Shown piece by piece: positions 38,344 to 46,925 of a DNA stretch of 63,576 nucleotides. Location of the stretch: IMG/VR virus record IMGVR_UViG_3300005529_000035, positions 1 through 63,576 of that record; one strand, written 5' to 3'. The notes below the pieces were generated by a model. That model had not been told where the DNA came from. It made no database searches and worked only from the letters and a program-made list of their open reading frames with translations. Position numbers and translations under genes: made by a program. Each line of letters begins with the position of its first letter. Within the stretch, counting starts at the first letter, position 1. The DNA comes from a virus. Lineage: Duplodnaviria; Caudoviricetes.

Positions 38344-39021
38344 TCAGGCGTGGGGAACGAAGGCGTGGAAGGTCAGCAGGCCGGTGGCCAGCAGGAACAC
38401 CGGGGCGGCGATCACACGCTCAGGCAGAGTTCCGGTCGTGAATGCCGCAGGCTCCGGCAGCAGGTGATAGCGGCGCTTGGAGAACGGGAAGCCCAGCATG
38501 CAGCCCGAGTCCGTGAGCATGTCAGCGGCCACATGAGCTGAGCAGCCGAGCAGCACGGCGAGCGGTATCAGTGCCAGGCCGTAGCCGCGCCATATCACCA
38601 GGGCGGAGACTCCGATGGCCACGAGGTCGGCGGCGTGGCTGCGCAGGATCTTCAGCGCTTCGAGCATCCCGGAGACGCTGAAGGTGATGATGACCGCCAG
38701 GAACGCTTCTGCTGGCCAGGAGGGTAGGAAGCGGCAAGCGATCCATGCCAGCCCGGCGGTGACAGCGATGCCGAGGCAGGAGTGCGTCGCATGCCTGTGA
38801 CCGCCGGTTGCCTTGCCGACGATCCAGGCGACTCCCCGCGAGAACAGGCCCAGCGACCGCGAGACCGAGGAGCCGCAGTGGTCGATGTCAGGCCAGAGGG
38901 CCAGCGCCCCGGTGAAGGCGGCAAGCGTGATGACGCCGCCGGGTGGCGCGTGCATGACGAAGCCGCCGTAAGCCGCCCCTATGGCAGTGCCGGCCCAGGT
39001 GTGGGTCGCTCCGAGGCACAC
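38344..39021 (-). CDS. Membrane-bound metal-dependent hydrolase (YdjM/DUF457-like)
   Basis: TH, PDIDH, GHRHATHS and HVAADMLT metal-ligand motifs. Confidence 0.85.
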   Translation of the reverse strand: MCLGATHTWAGTAIGAAYGGFVMHAPPGGVITLAAFTGALALWPDIDHCGSSVSRSLGLFSRGVAWIVGKATGGHRHATHSCLGIAVTAGLAWIACRFLPSWPAEAFLAVIITFSVSGMLEALKILRSHAADLVAIGVSALVIWRGYGLALIPLAVLLGCSAHVAADMLTDSGCMLGFPFSKRRYHLLPEPAAFTTGTLPERVIAAPVFLLATGLLTFHAFVPHA

Positions 39022-39105
39022 CGCTCAGCCCTCCGGGTGGAGGCCCGGCGCGGCCAGTGGCGGCCAGCTGCCCGCGCCGGGCGTCTGTGGGTGGATATGA
39101 CCCGG

Positions 39106-39244
39106 TTGGACTCTCCCCTCCTGGGAGTCCACGGGCCGCTCCCCTGAGTCCAGGCGGGAGTCCAAAATGGACTCCGGGCAGTCCAATCTGGTGTCCACTC
39201 GCGCGCGCGTGCGTAGGTGCCTACGGGCGGGCGGCCGAGTCCAC
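39106..39244. repeat. clt-like (TraB recognition) octamer array, consensus GAGTCCAN
   Basis: Eight copies (six direct, two inverted) in the intergenic gap immediately 3' of traB. Confidence 0.7.
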
Positions 39245-39248
39245 GGGC

Positions 39249-41258
39249 TCACGGACGGCCTGCCGAGGCGAGCAGGCGGGAGTTCGCCTCACGGATGACC
39301 TCCAGCGCCGTCCAGACATCCTCGCCGGGAGCGGCCCGGTAGCGGCCCTTGCTGACGGCAGTCACCGAACCAGCGCTGACCAGCGCAGACAGTTGTGCCT
39401 GCACCCAGGAGCGGGACATCCCCGAGTCCTTCGCAAGATCACTAGGAGTGCGGCCATCCTCAGGTGCGGTCGTGACCAGCCGGGCGAAGGCGGCCTTGCG
39501 GCGCTCCATCTCGCTGGCGAGCTCGAAGTCCGTGGGGATCCGGGCCAGCGCCGACAGGGGAACGTCTGGCGTCTCCGCGATATCGGCCTCCACCTGTGCC
39601 GCCATCTCCACGGCGCTCTGGCTGGCGGGAGACGGCGCGGCGGGGGAGGGGGCAGCCGGAACCGGTGGCGGCGCTGGCGCCTGGTCCAGGCCCGCGCACT
39701 GCGGGGCGGCGGAACGGAACGCCTGCGGAAGCCGGTGCCAGCGCATGTCGTATGCCTCCTGATGATCATTCGCGTACAGCACCAGGGGAGTCCGCGACAG
39801 GGTGCTGTGGCGCCCGGCGATCTCCCGCACCAGTTCGTGTGGCATGTGCGGGCCGCGGGCAGCCTCGGACGCGGCCTCGGAACCAAGCTGGTAGTAGAAC
39901 GAGCCCTTGACGTTGAGCCGTGACGGGTTGAGCTTCGCCCAGTCGGACAGGGCGAACTGGCCGTGACGGTCGTCGTTGACGGCGAAGCAGATCCGGTGCT
40001 CGAGGTTGCCGCGGGTCTGCTCGGTGCGGACCGACTCACTTAGGGCCCCGTGCTGGGTGAGGACGATCACGTACACCGCGACACCGGAGCCCATGGACGC
40101 GATGGCGGCGAGCAGGTTGGCGCACTGGGTGTCGCCCCGGGCCATCGACGTGACCTCGTGGGTCTCGTCGATGATGATGAACAGCGCCGGGACTTCCCTG
40201 GTGGGGCGCAGCTGCTCGCTGCCGTCGTAGGCATAGGTGGCGCGCTGCTGGACTTCGGCGAGGGCAACGGTCAGCATGAGCCGGGCCTCGTCGATGGTGG
40301 TTGCCACCCAGTCGAGCGCGGCCATCCAGGGGCGGGTGGCCCGGCCGCCCTTCATGTCGATCAGCCACGGGCGGGCGTCGGCGCAGCCGGTGATGGTGGC
40401 CAGGAACGCGGACAGTTCGTTGGACTTGCCGCCGCGGGTGCGGCCGAGGATGAACCAGTTGACCAGCAGGCAGACCTTCACCCAGTCGCCGGATTCGGTC
40501 TTGCCGATCGGGGCGGGCTCGCTGATGGACGCCGGGGCGAGTGCCTGGTCCCATTCGATGTCGTCGCGCAGCGGGTTCTCCCGCCGCAGGTGGTAGACCA
40601 CGACCGAGGGATTGTCCGGGTCGACGTGGCCGCGGATCATGCCGTGCTTCACGTAGCCGCGCAGCGCGGCCTCGATCTGCGGGATGGCGTCCAGGAACTG
40701 CTGGCCGTGCTGCTTCCCGGCGTCCAGCTGCACCCGCAGGACTTCCACGTCGCGGCGGGGCTCGACGTCGATGACGCCGGAGCCTTCGCCGTGCCATGCG
40801 GGGCAGTGGTGCTGCCACCAGGCGTTCCACGACCGGACCAGGCGCACCGAGGACGAATGCAGGCGCTTGCGCTTGTGCAGCCACCACGGGATGCCCCAGG
40901 CCAGGGCCAGGACGCCCCCGGCGATCCATACTGGCTCGCTGAGCCCGTGGTAGGCGACGGCGGTCAGCCAGCCAGCACCGGCCAGCACGGAGCCGACCGC
41001 GTAGACCTGCTCGGCCGTGCGGTCCCACTTGTGCGGGGCGAAGAACCACACGCAGGCCAGGACCGCCGCGCCCGTGAGCAGGACAGGCAGCCTCCAGTGC
41101 TCAGCGAGCACGACCGCGGCAGCCAGGGTGGCCCCGGCGGGGACGGCCAGCAGCGGAACGGTGAGGTGACGGTGACGCCGTGCCCACAGCGGCACCAGCC
41201 ACGTCAGCCGTGGCCGGCCCGGCAGGGACGGCGGGTTGGGCGGTGTGCTCCTGGGCAT
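39249..41258 (-). CDS. traB: FtsK/SpoIIIE-family conjugative DNA translocase (TraB-like)
   Basis: N-terminal TM helices, Walker A GRTRGGKS, LIDMKGG, Walker B IIIDE, LTQ, C-terminal winged helix (GMSRSWVQAQL...GRYR). Confidence 0.88.
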   Translation of the reverse strand: MPRSTPPNPPSLPGRPRLTWLVPLWARRHRHLTVPLLAVPAGATLAAAVVLAEHWRLPVLLTGAAVLACVWFFAPHKWDRTAEQVYAVGSVLAGAGWLTAVAYHGLSEPVWIAGGVLALAWGIPWWLHKRKRLHSSSVRLVRSWNAWWQHHCPAWHGEGSGVIDVEPRRDVEVLRVQLDAGKQHGQQFLDAIPQIEAALRGYVKHGMIRGHVDPDNPSVVVYHLRRENPLRDDIEWDQALAPASISEPAPIGKTESGDWVKVCLLVNWFILGRTRGGKSNELSAFLATITGCADARPWLIDMKGGRATRPWMAALDWVATTIDEARLMLTVALAEVQQRATYAYDGSEQLRPTREVPALFIIIDETHEVTSMARGDTQCANLLAAIASMGSGVAVYVIVLTQHGALSESVRTEQTRGNLEHRICFAVNDDRHGQFALSDWAKLNPSRLNVKGSFYYQLGSEAASEAARGPHMPHELVREIAGRHSTLSRTPLVLYANDHQEAYDMRWHRLPQAFRSAAPQCAGLDQAPAPPPVPAAPSPAAPSPASQSAVEMAAQVEADIAETPDVPLSALARIPTDFELASEMERRKAAFARLVTTAPEDGRTPSDLAKDSGMSRSWVQAQLSALVSAGSVTAVSKGRYRAAPGEDVWTALEVIREANSRLLASAGRP

Positions 41259-41273
41259 GGCGGGAACGTCCTC

Positions 41274-42155
41274 CTACTCGTGGTTGAGTTCGTCGTGGTG
41301 CGGGGCCTGCGTCGCCGAGCCGGCCAGTTCGCCGACGTTCATGGCGGACAGGGCGGCCAGGGCGGAGTCCGATTCCCCGGCCGAGGCAGCGGCGGCCTTG
41401 ACGTGAGCGCCGGCCGTGGTCAGCGGCTCCCAGATAGACGCCGGGTAGCCCTGGTCAGGCTCGGACAGCCGCTGGCCGAACTGGGTCACGACCGTGCCGA
41501 TGTAGTCCAGGGCCTCGGACAGCGTGTGGATGCCGCGGCGCTTGGACTGCAGGCCCCCGGCAAGGGACTGGCTGGTCAGCTGCTGGGCAGCGGTGAACAT
41601 GTCCGAGGACACCCCGGACGATCCGTTCGCTGTGGTTGTCATGGGTGTATGCGCCCTTCCGTTAGTTGAGGCTGTCGGTGCATGGCCGTTGGTCTGCTGC
41701 GGCCCGTGGCCGTTCGCGGATGCCGGCGGGGTCACGGTGGAAGATCCCGGGGCGGCGGCGGGAGGCTGCACCGTCCCGGGATCGCTAGTGGCACGCCGGT
41801 CCCGGACGCGCTGACGGACGGCGGAGCCGGTACGCCCGAGCCTGCGGACCGCGTGACCGGGCCACTGGGAGACGTGCGTGCCGTTGGCCCGGCGCGCGTC
41901 GGAGCGGGCCCACCTGCGCTGCTGGCGCTCCAGCCACGCAGCGGCCTTCGCCTGCGAGAAGTGATGCGCCCTGATCTGCCGGACGCTCTGGCCCGCGCTG
42001 GCCGCTGCCTGCTTCCCCTTGATGCGGGCGCTGCCAGCAGCGCGGCGGGCACCAGGCGTGCCGTTCGCAGCGACCTGCTTGAGGACATGGCCGCCATAGA
42101 CTGCCGTACCCGCCATGATCAGGACGCAGATGAGGATCGCCAGTGCAAGACTCAT
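41274..42155 (-). CDS. Transfer-region protein: N-terminal TM, C-terminal helical hairpin domain
   Basis: Co-oriented upstream of traB; C-terminus paralogous to 42623..42979. Confidence 0.6.
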   Translation of the reverse strand: MSLALAILICVLIMAGTAVYGGHVLKQVAANGTPGARRAAGSARIKGKQAAASAGQSVRQIRAHHFSQAKAAAWLERQQRRWARSDARRANGTHVSQWPGHAVRRLGRTGSAVRQRVRDRRATSDPGTVQPPAAAPGSSTVTPPASANGHGPQQTNGHAPTASTNGRAHTPMTTTANGSSGVSSDMFTAAQQLTSQSLAGGLQSKRRGIHTLSEALDYIGTVVTQFGQRLSEPDQGYPASIWEPLTTAGAHVKAAAASAGESDSALAALSAMNVGELAGSATQAPHHDELNHE

Positions 42156-42170
42156 TGGTGGCCGCCTTTC

Positions 42171-42626
42171 CTAGCCCGCCAGCCACGCGCTGACCGAAGC
42201 CGCGAGCGCCTGGCCGGGAATCGTCGTGGCCACGTACACCTGGTGGATGAAGCCCCCGGCGACCATGGCAAGCACGATGGGGACGACGATCGCCGTCAGC
42301 GCGGCACTCGGCGACGGGGCCCAGATCAGCGCGACCACGGTCCCGGCGAGCATGAACAGCGCCAGGATGACCACGGCGGCGTTGATCAGGCCCGCGTACT
42401 GGCCGCCGACCGTCGTGGTGGCCCAGCCCACGGCACGCGCCGCGACCGAGCCGAGGCCTGCGGCGGCGAGGACTGAGCCGCCGCAGTACATCAGGATGAT
42501 GTTCAGGCGCCCCAGCCACGGGTGGGTCATGGACGGCAGGTGGCTCATGTGCTTGGAGATCACCATGGCCACGGCGATCGTGATGATGCCGATCACCGAT
42601 GAGGCGATAGCGGCGATGATGGTCAT
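42171..42626 (-). CDS. Four-TM transfer-region membrane protein
   Basis: Highly hydrophobic; translationally coupled. Confidence 0.6.
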   Translation of the reverse strand: MTIIAAIASSVIGIITIAVAMVISKHMSHLPSMTHPWLGRLNIILMYCGGSVLAAAGLGSVAARAVGWATTTVGGQYAGLINAAVVILALFMLAGTVVALIWAPSPSAALTAIVVPIVLAMVAGGFIHQVYVATTIPGQALAASVSAWLAG

Positions 42627-42979
42627 GGCCGGCCCCCGTTCAGCTCGGTGTGGACCGGGGCCTGATGAGGTGACGAGGCCAGTTCGCCAACGCTGGTGTT
42701 CAGCAGCCCGTCGAGTGCGGAGATCGCCTCAAGGCAGGTGCGCCCGGCTGAGCGGATAGCCTCGGCGGCCTGGTGCACGGGGTCGCTGATCTCCGGGCCA
42801 TATCCGGCGTCGATGAGGTCGTTGCCCATCACCGACACGGCGTTGCCGAGGAAGCCCACCCCATCGGCGAGCGCGTCAAGGATCTGGCGCTTCAGGTGGA
42901 TGTCACCGAGGCCAGATACGGCAATCACTGCGTCGGCAGCGTTGTCAAGCGGCTCGAAGACTGAGGGAAGGCGGGTCAT
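42623..42979 (-). CDS. Small helical hairpin protein (WXG100-like topology)
   Basis: Helix-GYxP-helix; ends VGELASSPHQAPVHTELN. Confidence 0.55.
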   Translation of the reverse strand: MTRLPSVFEPLDNAADAVIAVSGLGDIHLKRQILDALADGVGFLGNAVSVMGNDLIDAGYGPEISDPVHQAAEAIRSAGRTCLEAISALDGLLNTSVGELASSPHQAPVHTELNGGRP

Positions 42980-43401
42980 CAGGGCCTCCGTGATGGTTGC
43001 GCGTCGGTGATGACGCGGACGGTGACCGGCTCACCGGAGATTGCGTACGGGGCCTCAATGGCCATGTCGGCGTGAGCGGGCTCAAGCACCGGGGCGGCCG
43101 GGCGCAGCACCGTTGCCTGTGCCACGGCGTGCAGGGCCGCACGCTCGGCCGGTGCCGGCATGCCGGGACGCCAGGTTGACGAGGTGGCCATCAGGTACCC
43201 GAACCAGGCGGTTCCGGCGATCGCGGCAGCAGCAAGGACGCCAATGAGCAGGTGGACCACGCCAAGAGCGGGACCGCCGATCACGGCGCAGGCCACAGCC
43301 GCAGCCGCCACGGCCACGCCAGCGAGCCAGCGCAGCCCCCTACGGCGCGAGCCACCGGACGTGATCACGACCGTCTCCGGGCGCCTGAAGATGATGCTCA
43401 T
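42979..43401 (-). CDS. Two-TM membrane protein
   Basis: Hydrophobic helices; coupled to whiB. Confidence 0.55.
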   Translation of the reverse strand: MSIIFRRPETVVITSGGSRRRGLRWLAGVAVAAAAVACAVIGGPALGVVHLLIGVLAAAAIAGTAWFGYLMATSSTWRPGMPAPAERAALHAVAQATVLRPAAPVLEPAHADMAIEAPYAISGEPVTVRVITDAQPSRRP

Positions 43402-43694
43402 GCCGCAGCCTCCATCTGGCGCTCGGTACGGATGACCCGGCGCTCCTGCTCCGAGGTGGCACCCCAGACGCCCCAGTCGTCAGCGCGGGAGGTCCGCAGG
43501 GCGTACTCAAGGCATTCCTGCTGCACCGCGCAGCCCTCGCAGATCCGCTTGGCCGGGCCGGAGGGCTGGCCCTTCTCCGGGAAGAAGGCTTCGGGGTCAG
43601 TGTCCAGGCATGACGCCCAGTCCATCCACTCCAGGTCGCGGGCCTGCTCCAGGATCTTGAGCAGGCGCATCATCGGCTTGGCGCCCCCGCTCAT
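43398..43694 (-). CDS. whiB: WhiB family transcriptional regulator
   Basis: ASCLDTDPEAFFPEKG..AKRICEGCAVQQECLEYAL..WGVWG. Confidence 0.93.
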   Translation of the reverse strand: MSGGAKPMMRLLKILEQARDLEWMDWASCLDTDPEAFFPEKGQPSGPAKRICEGCAVQQECLEYALRTSRADDWGVWGATSEQERRVIRTERQMEAAA

Positions 43695-43903
43695 GCAGAC
43701 CGCCCTCCCTCAACAGCGATGAGGTGGCCACGGCCTGCCCCGGCGCTGCGGGCGAGTTCGATGAACTCGGCACGGCCGGACAGGCCGGTGGCCTCGGCGA
43801 TGCCCTGGTCGATGTAGCCCCAGCCGCGGACAAGGGAATCCAGGCGCTGCTCGACGGCAGCGAGGCGCTGCTCGTGGTCGCAGCAGGGCTGGGGCTTGCT
43901 CAT
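43691..43903 (-). CDS. Hypothetical protein (70 aa)
   Basis: ATGA-coupled at both ends. Confidence 0.55.
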   Translation of the reverse strand: MSKPQPCCDHEQRLAAVEQRLDSLVRGWGYIDQGIAEATGLSGRAEFIELARSAGAGRGHLIAVEGGRSA

Positions 43904-44109
43904 GACGCCACCGCCTCGGTCTCGCCGGACAGGACGTCGACTTCGGACCCGGCGTAGCGGTGATGGCCGCCGAGGGTGCGCTTGTAGCGGATCTTGCCGG
44001 CCTTTGCCCACCGGGTGAGGCTGCGCGGGCTGACCGCGAGCTTGCGGGCGGCAGGACCGGGAAGCAGCCAGATCTCGCCGTCTGGGCGGCTGGGAGAGGT
44101 GCTGTCCAT
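43900..44109 (-). CDS. BldC/Xis-like MerR HTH protein
   Basis: LAVSPRSLTRWAKAGKI...RTLGGHHRY closely resembles the BldC family. Confidence 0.8.
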   Translation of the reverse strand: MDSTSPSRPDGEIWLLPGPAARKLAVSPRSLTRWAKAGKIRYKRTLGGHHRYAGSEVDVLSGETEAVAS

Positions 44110-44159
44110 CGTCCGGGTCGGTCCAATCGGCTCGGTTGACTGCTCTGACCGCTTCACGG

Positions 44160-44210
44160 TAACTCATTGCCGGAGAATATTCAAGAACATTCGTCAACCG
44201 TCTATGCTTG
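44160..44210. promoter_or_regulatory. Divergent promoter/operator region
   Basis: AT-rich; tandem GAATATTC and GAACATTC boxes; TATGCT -10-like hexamer. Confidence 0.5.
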
Positions 44211-44308
44211 GACGTGCCAGGTTCCGTGTGCCCCGCTGCGGGCTGGACGCAGCGGGGCACTCTGGAGAACAATTGGGGACGGACCTGGTTAGCGGAAGGA
44301 GTCCAGCA

Positions 44309-44500
44309 GTGAAGATCGAGTTCATGTGGAAGACCGGCGACTCGAACACCGGCAACTGCCCAGCGAGGTACCGGGCACCCGGCGGCTACGTCATCCAGGG
44401 CAAGCGCCTGGATGACGAGACCCGCGCCCAGCTGCGCGACCTCGGCACCGATGAGGACGCCGTGTTCGTGCCGGACGATGTCATCGACGGGCTGGCCTGA
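44309..44500 (+). CDS. Small DUF6879-associated protein
   Basis: AAGGAG RBS; SNTGNCP..Y...GYVIQG...EDAVFVP pattern. Confidence 0.7.
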   Translation: MKIEFMWKTGDSNTGNCPARYRAPGGYVIQGKRLDDETRAQLRDLGTDEDAVFVPDDVIDGLA

Positions 44501-45030
44501 TGGGCATCCCTATCGCTGAGGACGAGTTCGGCGACCTGCTCAAGTCGTTCGGGCGCACGGCGTTCCGGTTCGAGACCCGCGAGTCCTACGCCCTGGACTA
44601 CGAGGAAGCCGACTTCGATGACTTCCTCGCCGGCCACCCGACGCCGCCACCGGACCTGGACTGGTGGCGGCCGTGGCTGGAGCAGATCGCCCATCTCACA
44701 GCCGAAGGCCGGGAAGTGCAGCGCGTCCGCGTCCTGGCCGAGCCGCCGAGCGACTACCAGCGCTGGGAGATGTGGGGAGCGCGGTGGAACATCAGCGCCG
44801 GGGAGCGCGTCGGCTACCTGACGCGCCAGCGGGCCCGTGATCTCGGCCTGCCGGACGCTGACTGGTGGCTGCTTGATGATGAGCGCGTGATCACCATGGG
44901 ATTCGACGACGACGGGCGCATCACCGGCAAGATGCTTGTCATCGATCCTGCGGTGATCACCCGTTACCGTGCTTGGCGGGACCTGGCAGTCCGTAACGCC
45001 ACCCCGGCGGAAGTGACCGCCGCCGCCTGA
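44500..45030 (+). CDS. DUF6879 family protein
   Basis: AFRFETRESY, RVRVLAEPPSDYQRWE, DWWLLDD. Confidence 0.85.
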   Translation: MGIPIAEDEFGDLLKSFGRTAFRFETRESYALDYEEADFDDFLAGHPTPPPDLDWWRPWLEQIAHLTAEGREVQRVRVLAEPPSDYQRWEMWGARWNISAGERVGYLTRQRARDLGLPDADWWLLDDERVITMGFDDDGRITGKMLVIDPAVITRYRAWRDLAVRNATPAEVTAAA

Positions 45031-45044
45031 CCCCGAGGACCCCG

Positions 45045-45905
45045 GTGCGACCGACTGGAGAATGGCTCAACCAGCCCGGCGGCCTTGCGGAGCGCCTCCT
45101 GCGCCTCCGCAAGGCCGCCGGGCTTACCGGCACTGTGCTCGCGGCTCAGCTTGGCTGGACGCCGTCCAAGGTGCCCAAGCTCGAGAACGGGCGCCAGATG
45201 CCGACCGAGGCCGACATCACGGCATGGGCTAACGCCACCGGGCAGCCGGACGCCATCCCGGAACTGCTGGGCATGCTTGCCGAGGCTCAGGTCGTGCACC
45301 GGCAGTACCGGCACCAGCTGCGCCGCGGGCTCGCGGGCATCCAGGAGGAACTGCAGGGGTTCGTGCGGGAGGCCAAGCGCATCCGCAACTTCGAGATCAT
45401 GTTCATCCCCGGGCTGCTGCAGACACCCGACTACGCCCGGTACCGGATGCTGGACGCGGTGCGCAATCACGGGTTCGCCGAAGAAGGCGTGGACGCCGCA
45501 GTGGCGGCGAAGATGCGCCGGCAGGAGATCCTTTACGAGAGCGACCGCGAGTTCGAGTTCGTCATCATGGAGGTCGCGCTCTGGGTACGCGTGTGCCCGG
45601 CTCCCGTGATGCTCGGCCAGCTGGACCGGCTCCAGACCGCCAGCGGGCTCAGCAACGTCACGCTCGGCATCATCCCGCTGGACGCCGAGCTCGACCTGGC
45701 CCCGGACGTCGGGTTCCTGATCGCCGATGACGTCGCCTACGTCGAGACTGCGGCATCGGAGGACATGCTGCGTGGCGAGGAAGCGGCCACTTACAGCCGC
45801 TTTGCTGACCGGCTGCGAGCCGAGTCTGTGACAGGCGATGAGGCTCGCGCTCTGATCACGTCCGCAGCACGCAGATTGCGCCAGGGCATGGGAGACGGGG
45901 AGTGA
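45045..45905 (+). CDS. XRE HTH regulator with DUF5753 domain
   Basis: LRKAAGLTG..LA..LGW..SKV.KLENG, IPGLLQTPDYA, QLDRL. Confidence 0.9.
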   Translation: MRPTGEWLNQPGGLAERLLRLRKAAGLTGTVLAAQLGWTPSKVPKLENGRQMPTEADITAWANATGQPDAIPELLGMLAEAQVVHRQYRHQLRRGLAGIQEELQGFVREAKRIRNFEIMFIPGLLQTPDYARYRMLDAVRNHGFAEEGVDAAVAAKMRRQEILYESDREFEFVIMEVALWVRVCPAPVMLGQLDRLQTASGLSNVTLGIIPLDAELDLAPDVGFLIADDVAYVETAASEDMLRGEEAATYSRFADRLRAESVTGDEARALITSAARRLRQGMGDGE

Positions 45906-46465
45906 TCGACCCCGGAAAGCTGGGCTACTACGAGAGCCGGCCCGGCAGCGGCATCTGGTCCCACCCTGAGCGCGCCAACAGCAGGTACGAGCCCCGGGTC
46001 TGCGAGAACACCACCTGTGGCAAGGAGTTCATGGCAGAACGCCGACCGAAGCTGCCACCCCGGTTCTGTTCACAAACGTGCTGGGGCCAGTCCCGGCGCA
46101 AACCTGACGCGGGATACGGGCCGTTGCATGAGCGCGTTTTCAAGGCCCGCGGCCGAGCCAGGGAGCAAGCCTGTGTTGACTGCGGCGCGCAAGCCCGTCA
46201 CTGGAGCCAGAAGCACGGAACGACGGGGCAAGACCCCTATGACTATGAACCTCGATGCATCATGTGTCATTACGGAACGGACGGCTATGACTATGAGGCG
46301 CGATCACGAGGGGAAGCCCACGCGCACTCCAAACTCACCGAGGAGCAGGTGCGGGAGATCCGCGTGAGTACGGCCCCTCAGCTGGAGTTGGCCACGCTTT
46401 ACGGCGTCTGCCAAGCTTCGATCTCCCTCATCCGTCAGCGGAAAACGTGGAAGCACGTTGCGTGA
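45902..46465 (+). CDS. HNH-like Zn-binding endonuclease
   Basis: CxxC pairs, YxxLH..V...RG.A, YEPRCIMCH, RGE..HSKLTEE..TWKHVA. Confidence 0.75.
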   Translation: MIDPGKLGYYESRPGSGIWSHPERANSRYEPRVCENTTCGKEFMAERRPKLPPRFCSQTCWGQSRRKPDAGYGPLHERVFKARGRAREQACVDCGAQARHWSQKHGTTGQDPYDYEPRCIMCHYGTDGYDYEARSRGEAHAHSKLTEEQVREIRVSTAPQLELATLYGVCQASISLIRQRKTWKHVA

Positions 46466-46595
46466 CCTGGCCAAGGGGAACCGGAAGCGGATGCGTGAGG
46501 TGGCGATCCTGGAGTTCCGGGACGGGCTGATCTCAAGCCTGCGGGAATACTGGTCGAGCGTCGTCGTGGGCGATCTAGCGCTGGCCCGCGAGTAG
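46464..46595 (+). pseudogene. 3' remnant of an NTF2/SnoaL-like gene
   Basis: Startless frame DLAKGNRKRMREVAILEFRDGLISSLREYWSS. Confidence 0.6.
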
Positions 46596-46606
46596 CCTGC
46601 CACCCG

Positions 46607-46858
46607 ATGAGCACCGATCTCTGGTACCGGCCAGTGCCGAAAGACCAGCCGCCAGCCGAGACGCTGCCTTACCCGCTCAAGCGGGCCATTGCGCGGCGCT
46701 ACTGGGACCACGACGGGACATTGTGCGGCGATGAGCTTGAGTTCACCGCAGCGGACGTTCCGTATCTGGAGGGACTCGCCGATGGTGGCGTTGAGGGTGC
46801 CCGGGAACTCATCGGCGCGATCCGTGAACACGGCGCGGTAATTCTCTGGATCAGGTGA
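46607..46858 (+). CDS. Hypothetical protein (leaderless)
   Basis: TAGCCT box upstream of the ATG. Confidence 0.65.
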   Translation: MSTDLWYRPVPKDQPPAETLPYPLKRAIARRYWDHDGTLCGDELEFTAADVPYLEGLADGGVEGARELIGAIREHGAVILWIR

Positions 46859-46925
46859 GCCCTGGACCTCGTGGTGGGGTGGCAGCGGCGGGGATCTGGT
46901 GGTGGAGCGGGAGTAGCCTGCGGGC

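Noticed and set aside
36969-39244. Repeat arrays as CRISPR
   Set aside because: Units are only 6-8 bp, with no 25-40-bp repeat/spacer structure and no cas genes
39249-41258. Type VII secretion EccC or HerA defence ATPase
   Set aside because: Single ATPase domain with N-terminal TMs, C-terminal winged helix and adjacent repeats fits TraB; no other Ecc or nuclease partner
44560-44582. GGTTCGAGACC T-loop-like motif suggesting a tRNA
   Set aside because: Lies inside the DUF6879 CDS and has no cloverleaf context; no tRNA recognised in the window
36528-45905. Independent AICE inserted in the phage
   Set aside because: No tyrosine integrase, Rep or flanking att duplication seen; a deleted remnant cannot be fully excluded
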